Shown here: in pieces, positions 20,694-30,200 of the stretch | Layout of the letters: each line of letters opens with the position of its first letter | How positions within the stretch are numbered: the stretch's first letter is position 1 | Source: an uncultured Verrucomicrobiota bacterium | GTDB taxonomy: Bacteria > Verrucomicrobiota > Kiritimatiellia > CAIQIC01 > Lenti-01 | Length of the DNA: 64,000 bases | Direction of reading: 5' to 3' | NCBI GenBank assembly: GCA_937872095.1 | Contig: CALMNW010000034.1 | Span: 20,107-84,106, forward strand | Position numbers and translations under genes: made by a program | Notes under the pieces: model-generated | Seen by the model: only the letters and a program-made list of their open reading frames with translations | What the model was told of the DNA's origin: nothing | The model's database searches: none

Positions 20694-20733
20694 GAGGGGC
20701 ACGGGGGAATTCGGCGTGAGAACGGCCCCGGCC

Positions 20734-21153
20734 ATGTTCGCGAACCGCCTGAAAACGCGGTTATTGGCCTGTCCGTTGAGGATTCGCCGGTGGGCCTGCG
20801 CCGTCCACATGGCGGCGATCGCCGTTCTTTCGCTGTTGCCGGCCTGGGTGTTTCCGCCGTCGCCGCCTGGGATTCCGGGCCTCGACAAGGTCGTGCACGT
20901 GGCGATGTACGGGGTTCTGGGGGCCTTGCTGCGCTGGGCGTCCGAGCCTTGGGCGGCGACGCGCGCCGCCCGTTGGCTGCCGGTCGCTGGCGCTTTATAC
21001 GGACTGCTGTTGGAATGGCTGCAGCCGTGGATCGGCGGGACGGGACGTTCGTTCGGTTGGGGGGATGCGGCGGCGAACCTGGCCGGAGTCATGCTGGCCT
21101 GGTGGGCGGCCGGGCGCTTTTGGGGCCGCGGCGAATTAATTCCATCCAAATGA
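20734..21153 (+). CDS. VanZ family membrane protein
   Basis: DKVVHVAMYGVL, EWLQ...GRSFGWGDAAANLAG. Confidence 0.75.
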   Translation: MFANRLKTRLLACPLRIRRWACAVHMAAIAVLSLLPAWVFPPSPPGIPGLDKVVHVAMYGVLGALLRWASEPWAATRAARWLPVAGALYGLLLEWLQPWIGGTGRSFGWGDAAANLAGVMLAWWAAGRFWGRGELIPSK

Positions 21154-21230
21154 TTTTCTGCGTTTCTTTTGGCGGTGTGTGCTATACACTCCATTGAAAT
21201 GGGCCTATAAAACGTCGAAGGCCGGAAGCC

Positions 21231-23132
21231 ATGATCCAGCAACTCAAGAACCGGAATTTCTACATCATCTTGGTCGGGGACCTGGGGCTGTTCGCCGCCT
21301 CGTTGATTTTGGCCTACGGCCTGCGCTTCTCCTTGGAGATTCCGGAAAGGGAATGGGTCAAAATCGCCCTCCTCCTGCCTTTCCTTTTGCCGACGAAGGC
21401 GATCGTCTTCTTCCTCATGGGCGTGTACCGCGGGATGTGGCGCTACACGAGCGTTCCGGACGCCCTCCGGCTGGTCAAAGCGTCGATATTGGCCACCTTG
21501 ACCGTGATGACGGCGCTGACGCTGACCCAGCAGTTCTGGGGCTATTCCCGATCCGTATTCGTGGCGGACTGCATTTTCACGGTCTTTTTCTGCGGAGGAT
21601 TCCGCTTGGCCATCCGGATTCTGGGCACGAACAAGCGCGCGATGCTCAAGTTCTGGGACCGGGAACCGGAAGACAGCCTGCCGGTTCGGCACGTGCGGTT
21701 GCTGATCATCGGCGCGGGCGACGCGGCGGCCAGCATCATCCGGGAAATCCAGGGCAATTCGCGTTCGCCGTACGACGTCGTGGCCTGCATCGACGACGAC
21801 TATCGCAAACATGGCCACACGCTGCTCGAAGTGCCGGTGCGCGGGCCGGTCGACAAGTTGCTGTATTTCGTGAACCGCTTCCAGGCCGACGAAATCCTGA
21901 TCGCGATGCCCTCGGTGGGGGGCGAGGAAATGCGCCGGATCGTCGATGCCTGCAAGGCGTCCAACCTGCCGTTCAAGACCTTGCCGTCGCTGGGGGGGCT
22001 GGTGGACGGCAAAGTGACGGTGAACGACGTCCGCGAAGTGAAGTACGAAGACATTTTGGGCCGGCCGCCGGTCCAGATGGACTACGCCGGGATCGGAAAA
22101 TACCTCACGGGCAAGACCGTGGCCGTGACCGGGGCCGGTGGTTCCATCGGGTCGGAACTGTGCCGGCAGATCCTGCGCTTCAAGCCGGCGGCGCTGGTGC
22201 TGATCGAGGCCAACGAATTCAATCTGTACCGGATCGAGCGGGAACTGCAGGCGGACAACCGCGGAGAGGTGCTGCGGACGGTGATGGGCCGGGTGCAGGA
22301 TCGCGCGCTGATGGCGAACGTTTTCGACAAGTTCAGGCCCCACGCCGTTTTCCACGCCGCGGCCTGCAAGCACGTGCCGATGGTGGAGATCAATCCCCGG
22401 GAGGGCATCCTCAACAACACCCTCGGCAGCCAGACGATGATGGACGTGGCCGAAGAGTACGGCGTCGAGCGGTTCGTGCTGGTTTCGACGGACAAGGCGG
22501 TGCGGCCGACGAACGTGATGGGCGCGAGCAAGCGCGTGGCCGAAATCGCGCTGCAGGCCCGCGTGCCGGGCAAGACCCGCTTCATGGCGGTGCGGTTCGG
22601 CAACGTGCTGGGTTCCTCGGGGTCGGTGATCCCGCTCTTCCGCAAGCAGATCCAGGCCGGCGGGCCGGTGACGGTGACGCATCCGGAAATGACGCGCTAT
22701 TTCATGATGATCCCCGAGGCCTGCCAACTGATCCTGCAGGCGGGCGCGATGGGAGACGGCGGCGAAATCTTCATTCTGGAGATGGGCACGCCGGTCAAGA
22801 TCGCCGACATGGCGCGCGACATGATCCGGCTGTCCGGCAAGGTCCCCGACCAGGACGTCCAAATCGTCTATACGGGCCTGCGCCCGGGCGAAAAGCTCTA
22901 CGAGGAACTCATCACGCAAGGCGAAGGCATCGTGGCGACGGCCCATGAAAAGATCATGGTGCTCAAGCGCGACGGCCACGGGGTGGATTCCGCGGATACG
23001 GACCGGAAAGTCCGGGAACAGATCGACCGCCTGGCGGCGGCGGCGGGCACCTTCGAGCCGGAGCAAATCAAGGCCGCGCTCAAAGCGATCGTGCCGGAAT
23101 ACGCTCCGGCGCCGCCGGTCGCGTCGGCATGA
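21231..23132 (+). CDS. UDP-GlcNAc 4,6-dehydratase (PglF/CapD/WbpM family)
   Basis: N-terminal TMs; VTGAGGSIGSELCRQ, HAAACKHVP, STDKAVRPTNVMGASKR, VRFGNVLGSSGSVIP, GLRPGEKLYEEL. Confidence 0.93.
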   Translation: MIQQLKNRNFYIILVGDLGLFAASLILAYGLRFSLEIPEREWVKIALLLPFLLPTKAIVFFLMGVYRGMWRYTSVPDALRLVKASILATLTVMTALTLTQQFWGYSRSVFVADCIFTVFFCGGFRLAIRILGTNKRAMLKFWDREPEDSLPVRHVRLLIIGAGDAAASIIREIQGNSRSPYDVVACIDDDYRKHGHTLLEVPVRGPVDKLLYFVNRFQADEILIAMPSVGGEEMRRIVDACKASNLPFKTLPSLGGLVDGKVTVNDVREVKYEDILGRPPVQMDYAGIGKYLTGKTVAVTGAGGSIGSELCRQILRFKPAALVLIEANEFNLYRIERELQADNRGEVLRTVMGRVQDRALMANVFDKFRPHAVFHAAACKHVPMVEINPREGILNNTLGSQTMMDVAEEYGVERFVLVSTDKAVRPTNVMGASKRVAEIALQARVPGKTRFMAVRFGNVLGSSGSVIPLFRKQIQAGGPVTVTHPEMTRYFMMIPEACQLILQAGAMGDGGEIFILEMGTPVKIADMARDMIRLSGKVPDQDVQIVYTGLRPGEKLYEELITQGEGIVATAHEKIMVLKRDGHGVDSADTDRKVREQIDRLAAAAGTFEPEQIKAALKAIVPEYAPAPPVASA

Positions 23133-24553
23133 CGTCCGGCGACTCCACCGCGGCTTACTGGTGCCGGAAGCCGCAGATTTCCGCCTGTCGCGAAGGCGAC
23201 AATCTCATTTTGTTCGATCCCGACCGCGCGCGCGAAAAAGTCGTCAACGGCGCCGGTTCTGCCGTTTGGCAGGCCATGGACGGCGCGGCGCGGACGGAGA
23301 ATCTCGCCGCGGCGCTGGGCCGGCGATACGACGTTTCGCCGACGGACGACGTCCGGGCCGACGCCCGCGCGTTCGCTGAAGAACTGCTTCGCGATGGATT
23401 CGCCGAAGCGGCGCCGACGCCGCGTCCGGCGCCGTTGCCGGCGGAGGACTATTCCTGGATCCGCGAAGCGCCGCGCGCGCTGGACGTCTCGCTCACCGGC
23501 CGTTGCAATCTGCGGTGCGCCTATTGCTTCTATGCCGACGAGATGGTCGGGCGCCGCGACCTGCCCGCGGACCGCTGGCTGGCCTTTTTCCGCGAACTGG
23601 ACGGCTTGGCCGTGCGCACGCTGACGCTGAGCGGCGGGGAAATCTTCCTGCGGCGCGATCTGTGGGAGCTGATCGACGGCATCGTGGCGGCCCGCATGCG
23701 CTACTCGGTGCTGACGAACGGAACGCTGCTGACGGACGACGTCTTGACCCAACTGGGCCAGACGCATCGCCGCCGGCGCCTGGATTCGATCCAGGTTTCG
23801 ATCGACGGGTCCTGCGCGGAAATCCACGACGCGTCGCGCGGGAAGGGGAGTTTCGAGCAGGCCCTCCGCGGCCTGCGGCTCCTGAAAGCCGCTGGATTTC
23901 CCGCGACGGCCCGCGTGACGGTCAACCGGCACAACGCGGGCGATTTGGAAAACGTGTTCCGGTTGCTGCTGGACGACGTCGGTTTGGCGCGGGTCGGCAC
24001 GAACGACGCCATTCCGCTGGGGACGGGTTGCGCGCGGCAGGAGGACATCGTGCTGCGGCCGGAGCAGCGGCCCGAAGCGATGCGGGCGTTGGTCCGGCTG
24101 GAACGGACCTATCCGGGCCGCATCCAGGCCACGGCCGGTTCGCTGGCCCTCTGGCACATGTTCCGGGAGATGGAAGAGGCGCGGGCAAGCGGGCAGAAAA
24201 CCCGGCGCTGGAAGATGGGTTGCCTGTCGTCTTGCGGGTGCATGTTCGCGAAGCTGGCCGTGCACCACGACGGCATGATCGTGCCGTGCAACATGCTCGC
24301 GGCGGCTTCGCTGGGCATCATCGGCGAGACGCCGATCCGGTCCATCTGGCAGGACCATCCGCTGCTGAAGGAGATGCGGGAGCGGGGGCAGATCCCGATG
24401 GACCAGGTGCCGGGCTGCGCGGGCTGCGAGTGGGCGTCTTTTTGCAGCGGCGGTTGCCCGGCGGCGGAATACACGCGGACGGGCGAGATGAACGTGGCCA
24501 ATCCGGACTGCTGCTACCGGAAGTTCCTCGACGAGTGCGGCGGGTTGCCATGA
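23129..24553 (+). CDS. scmE: Radical SAM/SPASM maturase, ScmE-like, with N-terminal PqqD/RRE domain
   Basis: N-terminal RRE (LILFDP...VNGAGSAVWQAMDG...DARAFAEELLRDGF); CNLRCAYC; GGE; QVSIDG; SPASM Cys (CGC, VPC, CAGCEWASFCSGGCP, C); resembles the TIGRFAM SynChlorMet ScmE family as recalled. Confidence 0.75.
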   Translation: MTSGDSTAAYWCRKPQISACREGDNLILFDPDRAREKVVNGAGSAVWQAMDGAARTENLAAALGRRYDVSPTDDVRADARAFAEELLRDGFAEAAPTPRPAPLPAEDYSWIREAPRALDVSLTGRCNLRCAYCFYADEMVGRRDLPADRWLAFFRELDGLAVRTLTLSGGEIFLRRDLWELIDGIVAARMRYSVLTNGTLLTDDVLTQLGQTHRRRRLDSIQVSIDGSCAEIHDASRGKGSFEQALRGLRLLKAAGFPATARVTVNRHNAGDLENVFRLLLDDVGLARVGTNDAIPLGTGCARQEDIVLRPEQRPEAMRALVRLERTYPGRIQATAGSLALWHMFREMEEARASGQKTRRWKMGCLSSCGCMFAKLAVHHDGMIVPCNMLAAASLGIIGETPIRSIWQDHPLLKEMRERGQIPMDQVPGCAGCEWASFCSGGCPAAEYTRTGEMNVANPDCCYRKFLDECGGLP

Positions 24554-25125
24554 CGGAGCGCCCGGAAGATCGCCTGCGGTTTCTTGCCCGGAACGACCTG
24601 GCCGTCGAAGATTTCGGGGAGCGGGCGCTGGTTTTGCTGTGCGGGGCGTTGCGGCTGCGGGAGATCAACGCGGTTTCGCGGCGGATGCTGGCGTTGCTTG
24701 ACGGGAAGCGGACCGTGCAGGATATTGCCGGCGAAACGGGAATGGCGGCGGCGATCGTCCGCCAGGCGCTTCTGGAGATGGAACGCCAAGGCATGGTCCG
24801 GCGCGTGGCCGAGTTGGAGCAGGAAAGGTCCGAAACGATGAACGAGGCAACCTATCTGGCGGATCCCGACGTTTCCTTCCGGCGCGAAGGCGACGAAGGC
24901 GGAATCCTCTACGACGTGGAATCGGATGCGCTGGAGGTCGTCAATCCGGTGGCGGCGGAGATCTGGGAATTTCTTGCGGCGCCGCATACGCAGGCCGAAA
25001 TCGTCGCGCACCTGTGCGAGGTCTGCGATGGGGCCGCCCGCGGCGCGGTCGAGAAGGACGTCGCCGAATTTCTCGGGTCGCTCCTGAAAAAAGGATTCGT
25101 CGGCATCGTGAAGGAGCCGGCGTGA
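24550..25125 (+). CDS. scmD: Tandem PqqD/RRE-domain protein (ScmD-like)
   Basis: Two winged-helix RRE units (INAVSRRMLALLDGKRTVQDIA; VNPVAAEIWEFLAAPHTQAEIV...DVAEFLGSLLKKGFV); ATGA overlap. Confidence 0.75.
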   Translation: MTERPEDRLRFLARNDLAVEDFGERALVLLCGALRLREINAVSRRMLALLDGKRTVQDIAGETGMAAAIVRQALLEMERQGMVRRVAELEQERSETMNEATYLADPDVSFRREGDEGGILYDVESDALEVVNPVAAEIWEFLAAPHTQAEIVAHLCEVCDGAARGAVEKDVAEFLGSLLKKGFVGIVKEPA

Positions 25126-26297
25126 CGGAAGCGGCCGATAGCTGCGACGGACTGGACGAGCAAGCCGCATCCGCGTCGCCGACGGGCATGCCGCCGGACG
25201 TGCCGGCGCTGAAGGTGTTCTACCTCTATCTCTCGGCCGGTTGCAATCTCTGCTGCCGCCATTGCTGGATCACGCCCACGTTCGTGCACGGCCAGCCGGT
25301 GCCGGCGGAGTGCCTGGATTTTGGCTTGCTTCAGAGCGCGGTGGCGGCAGCCAAGCCCATGGGACTGTCTTCGGCCAAGTTGACCGGCGGCGAGCCGACG
25401 CTGCATCCGGAATTCCGGAAGATCGTCGATTACCTGACGGGCGAGGGGCTGGATCTTTCCATGGAAACCAACGCCACGCTGATCGATCGGGATCTGGCGG
25501 TTCATCTGCGGAAAAAAACGTCGTTGAAGCGCGTTGCCGTCAGCTTGGACAGCCCATTGGCGGAGGAACACGATCGTTTCCGGGGCCGGGACGGCGCGTT
25601 TGCCGCCGCCGTGCGCGGCATCGGACATCTGGTGGCCGCCGGACTCCGGCCGCAGATCATCATGTCGGTTTATCGAGGCAATCTGGACCGAATCGAGGGA
25701 TTGATCGAACTGGCGATGAAACTGGGCGCCCTTTCGGTGAAGTTCAATCCGGTCACCCGCTCGGGCCGGGGCGAGGAAATGCATCGGCAAGGGCAAGGGC
25801 TGGATTTCGATGAATGGGTGGCGCTGATTCGGCGCGTTCGCGGGCCGTTGCGGGAACGGTATCCCATCCACCTCAACGCGATGGTGCCGCCGGCGATGTC
25901 GACGGTGGGGGAATTGTTGCGCTACGGCGGCGAAGGCGCGGGGTGCCACGTGCGGCACATTTTGGGGATTCTCGGCACCGGCGAGATGGCGCTGTGCGGG
26001 ATCGGCCGGAACGTGCCGGAGTTGTGTTTCGGAAAACTGGGACAAGACTCCCTGCGGGAGGTTTGGATGCACCATCCGACCTTGGTCCAGATGCGGAAGG
26101 ATCTGCAGGGCCCGTTTCCGGGCATCTGCGGCGATTGCCTGCATGCGGGCCGTTGCCTGACCCACTGCCTGGCGCAGAACTTCGAGGCGAACGGCCAGCT
26201 GGTGTCGCCGTCGCCTCTGTGCGCGGAAGCCGTGCGCCGCGGCGTTTTTCCCGAGACCCGGCGGATTTCATGGGGACAGAGGCGGACGACCGCATGA
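25122..26297 (+). CDS. scmF: Radical SAM/SPASM maturase, ScmF-like
   Basis: GTG start overlapping TGA with AAGGAG SD; YLYLSAGCNLCCRHCWITP; KLTGGEP; SPASM CHV...ALCGIG...CGDC..AGRCLTHCLAQN...C. Confidence 0.75.
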   Translation: MTEAADSCDGLDEQAASASPTGMPPDVPALKVFYLYLSAGCNLCCRHCWITPTFVHGQPVPAECLDFGLLQSAVAAAKPMGLSSAKLTGGEPTLHPEFRKIVDYLTGEGLDLSMETNATLIDRDLAVHLRKKTSLKRVAVSLDSPLAEEHDRFRGRDGAFAAAVRGIGHLVAAGLRPQIIMSVYRGNLDRIEGLIELAMKLGALSVKFNPVTRSGRGEEMHRQGQGLDFDEWVALIRRVRGPLRERYPIHLNAMVPPAMSTVGELLRYGGEGAGCHVRHILGILGTGEMALCGIGRNVPELCFGKLGQDSLREVWMHHPTLVQMRKDLQGPFPGICGDCLHAGRCLTHCLAQNFEANGQLVSPSPLCAEAVRRGVFPETRRISWGQRRTTA

Positions 26298-26872
26298 CTT
26301 TTTCCGGCGGGGAAGGTCTTTTTCTGCATGCGTCCGCGGTGACCATGGACGGTGAAGCGTTTCTTTTCCTGGGGCATTCGACGGCGGGGAAGAGCACGAT
26401 CGCCCGGTTGCTGGGGGAGGCATATCCGGTCGTCGCCGACGATTCGGTCTTTGCCGCGCGCGGGCCGGATGGCCGCTGGAGCGTGGTCGACGGCGGATTC
26501 CGATTCAAAGAAACGGATCTCGCGGGCTGGCAAGAGCGGATTCGCCGCCAGATCGCCGAACGACCCATTCCCTTGCGGGCTTGTCTGCGCATCCACAAGG
26601 CGCCCGAGCTTCGCATCGAGCCGATGGATTCGCTGGAGTTGGCGCGATATTTGATGGATGCCGCGATGGAAATCGACTTGCAGCGGAAATTCGGGCGGCT
26701 GGCGGGCAAATCCAAGATCGAATCCGCAGTCTGGAACGAAGGCCTGCGAATGAGGGGGCATTGGTTTGGCCAAGCGGCAGAGATCGCCCGAACGATCCCG
26801 GGAAGGCATCTCTGGTTTTCGCGCGAGACGCCAGTCCGGGAAATTTGCGAAACGCTGCACCCGTCGGTCTGA
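26294..26872 (+). CDS. HPr-kinase-related P-loop protein (short ScmC-like)
   Basis: LHASAV..DGEAFLFLGHSTAGKST...VVADD motif of the HprK-like kinase fold. Confidence 0.65.
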   Translation: MTFSGGEGLFLHASAVTMDGEAFLFLGHSTAGKSTIARLLGEAYPVVADDSVFAARGPDGRWSVVDGGFRFKETDLAGWQERIRRQIAERPIPLRACLRIHKAPELRIEPMDSLELARYLMDAAMEIDLQRKFGRLAGKSKIESAVWNEGLRMRGHWFGQAAEIARTIPGRHLWFSRETPVREICETLHPSV

Positions 26873-27253
26873 TCGCAAAATGGGGGAAGTTCGGTCGCCG
26901 GCAGCTACATCTGCGATGGATGTGACCGGCCAGCCGCCGGCGATATTAAAAATTGCGCTCTAACCTCTCAGTAACATGGCCTATTCGCTTTGCGTGAAGA
27001 ATATCGCGGCCTTTGAAATTCGTATTGCTCTGTTGGCAATGAAGATAAGATGAAACATCTTGTCGTGTCCGAGCAATCGGCAGGGGGTGGACATTCGGGC
27101 AAGGGACCGGCATTAACACAATCATAACTATATTGTAACCATATATTAATCGTACACAGTTTGCGTATAAATATCTAAACGGCTACTTTCTTTTCATCTA
27201 ATAAGCAGGCGGCTGATTTTATCCGTCGCCTTTGGTGTTTTGTGGCAAAAACG

Positions 27254-30200
27254 ATGAACATACGATCGTCATGGTGCTCGCGGCAGTTTCTGCTGGTCGC
27301 GGCTCTGGCCGTTGCGGGAATATCCGGTCCGGCGCGGGCGGGGAATCCGGATGGGGATCTGCGCGTCGAGATCGTCACGGCTTACAACCTGGTGGTGGAC
27401 TCCAACGCGGAGTCGCCGTCGACCTACGCGCCGAAATCGGCCTACATCGGGGCGAAGTTCTGCAACGACGGCACCGCGCCGCTGACGAACGTCTGGGCGT
27501 ACATCGGCGATCTGGCCGCCGGCACGCCGGGGACCTATCCGAGCCGGGCGCATCCGGGTTTGGTCGGGCCGCTGCCGGGCGGGGAATTCGCGCTGACCCA
27601 CGAGGGCGGGACGATGGGGGCGACCGACGCCACGCGGTACGTCGGCACGATCGATCCGGGCGAGTGCGTGACGGTGTACTGGCTGGTCAGCTATCCGCAG
27701 CTGGACGAAAACGGCGATGCGGTCTGGGGGCCCAGCGTCAAGCCCGACGACGACCTGTGGATGGAATACGACGTCTGGGCTACGGCCCAGCAGGGCGCGG
27801 CGTATTACCAGGCCGACGACTCGCAAACGCTGACCTGCCGCAACGAGATTTCGGCGATGGCCAACAAGATCTGGCCCAACGGCGCCAACAAGGTGCCGCA
27901 GGAATACCAGGATCTGCTGCAGCAGTACGTGCCGTTGTGGACGAACACGTCCGCCGTCGCCGAACCCGGTGCGGTCTTGCGGACGGAAGGCATCTGGTAC
28001 GATCTGGGCAACGTCGGCGACGGATTCGACAACGACGGCGATTTGGTGCCGGACCGCAACGCGTGGCTCCAGCCCGTCGGCGACCCGGACATCTTCGATC
28101 CGTCTTGCTTCCGCATGGTCCGCACCTACGTGATGATCATCGTGAAACTCAACGACGGGACCGAACAGGTCATCGTCACGGAAGACCAGCTCTACTTCAC
28201 GCAGATTCCCGCGAACAACCGCGGGGCGGTGGGCTACGTGATGTACGAGTTCGTCGCGATCGGCTCGGGCTGCGTCAGCACGCTGACGCCGTACCAGGAA
28301 GTGGCGTCGGGCTTCGACAACGAGAAGTTCAACGGCGACTACGGGGCGCCGGGGCAGACCTTGACCGGCGGCACGTCGCTGCTGGCCATCGCGAAATCGG
28401 CGGATCCGATCGTGACGCGGCCCGGGAGCAACATCGCCTATACGGTGACCTACACGAATTCGGGCCCGGATCCTTCGGGCCGGCCGGACATCGGGTTGCC
28501 GGTGGTGGTCCAGGATTCCATCCCGACGGGCACCGTCTACGTGGCGGGCAGCGCGACGGCCGCCAATGTCCTGCCGGGGGGCGTGAGCAGCTACGAAGTC
28601 CATTACTCGACGAACCACGGGCTGACCTGGTCCCTGTCGGAACCGGCGGTGGCCACGAACGTGACGGACGTGCAGTGGTGGCTGAGCGATCCGCTGCCGG
28701 CGGGCGGCGCGGGCACCGTGCGGTTCACCGTCAAGATCGCGAATCCCTGGCCCTTCCCGAGTCCGATCGTGCCCAATACGGCGGGGCTGAGTTTCGGGAA
28801 CACGACGCCGTTCATGTGGGCGCATGCGCAAACCCTGCTGCTGGGCAACAACGCGCTGGGCGACACCGTCTGGCGCGACGACGGAGCGGGTGGCGGCCTG
28901 CTCGGCAACCAATTGCAGGAAGGCGGGGAAACGGGCATCACCGGCGTGACGGTGCGGTTGTACTACGATCTGGACGGCGACGGCACAGGCGATTTCCTGT
29001 TCGCCACGACGAACACGGGCGCGAACGGCTACTACACGTTCACCAACCTGCCGGACGGCCACTTTACCGTGGTGGTGGAAACCACGAATTCGCACATTCC
29101 CTTCGGCTACACGCCGACCACGCCCACTTCCTTCTCGATTCCGCTCGATCCCGCGCGCACCAACGTCAATCCCGTCGTGAATTGGACGGCCGATTTCGGT
29201 TTCGCGCCGGCCTTGACGCTGATCAAGACGCATACGAGCACCAACGCCGTCCGCGAAGGCCAGTTGATCAGCTACAATTTGACGGTCTCCAACAATCTGC
29301 CGGGCAACGGCACCGGTTCGGGCTCGCCGGCGACCTATTACGCCTGGGCCTCCAGCGGCGGCGCCGACTACAAGAACACCGAGTGGGTGAATTACTCGAA
29401 TGCCTTCTATCCGCCGGGGCCGGATGGCCTGTACACGTCCAACCAGTTCGCGGGACCGACGACGGTGCTGTCCCTGACCAACTTCACCGTGGGCGCGCAG
29501 CTGGGCACCGTCACGAACGTGTCGCTGGTGATGCCCATCCAAATGGTGCCGCCCATCGGCGGCGACGACACGGTCACCATTGAAGTCCGCACGCTGTCGC
29601 CCTCCACGATACGCTTTTCGCAGACCTATTTGGCCACGAGCCTGGTCAGCGGCGTGTGGACGGTGCCGCGAACGGGCAACTACGCCTGGACCTGGGCGGA
29701 TTTCGACTCGAACGCCGTCGTGACGTTGTCCGCCAAGAAAAACTCGGGCGGCACGGCCGGCGGCTGGATCCTGCTGGATGCCGTAGGGTTCAAGATCGAA
29801 AGCGACCAGACCGTGGGCGTGGCCGGGGACACGACGACGCTGGATCCGGTGCCGCTCGTGGATCGCTACGATCCCGCCAAGTTGCAATTCGTGAGCGCCC
29901 AGCCGCCCGAATCGAGCGTGGAAACCGATCCCACGGGCACGATCTATTGGGACAACGTGGGGCCGATCTATCCCGGCGGCACCTCGACGGTGGCGGTTAC
30001 GTTCAAGTTGCTGGAGCCGCCCGGCAACACCAACACCGTGGTGACGAACACCACCTGGGTCACGAACGCGTACTTCACGGGCGGCGCCCACGCCAACAAC
30101 GCCACGAGCAGCGTGGTCGTCACGCAGTTCCCCGCCGCAACGGTCGGCGACTACGTCTGGCGCGACCTGAACGGCGACGGGATCCAGAATGAAACCAACA

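Noticed and set aside
18807-23066. 1,419-aa minus-strand ORF, plus many other overlapping alternative-frame ORFs in 1-46 kb
   Set aside because: Shadows of well-supported, translationally coupled + strand genes
23129-26297. PQQ or mycofactocin biosynthesis
   Set aside because: No pqqA/B/C or mftA-type precursor; two rSAMs plus a kinase fit SynChlorMet instead
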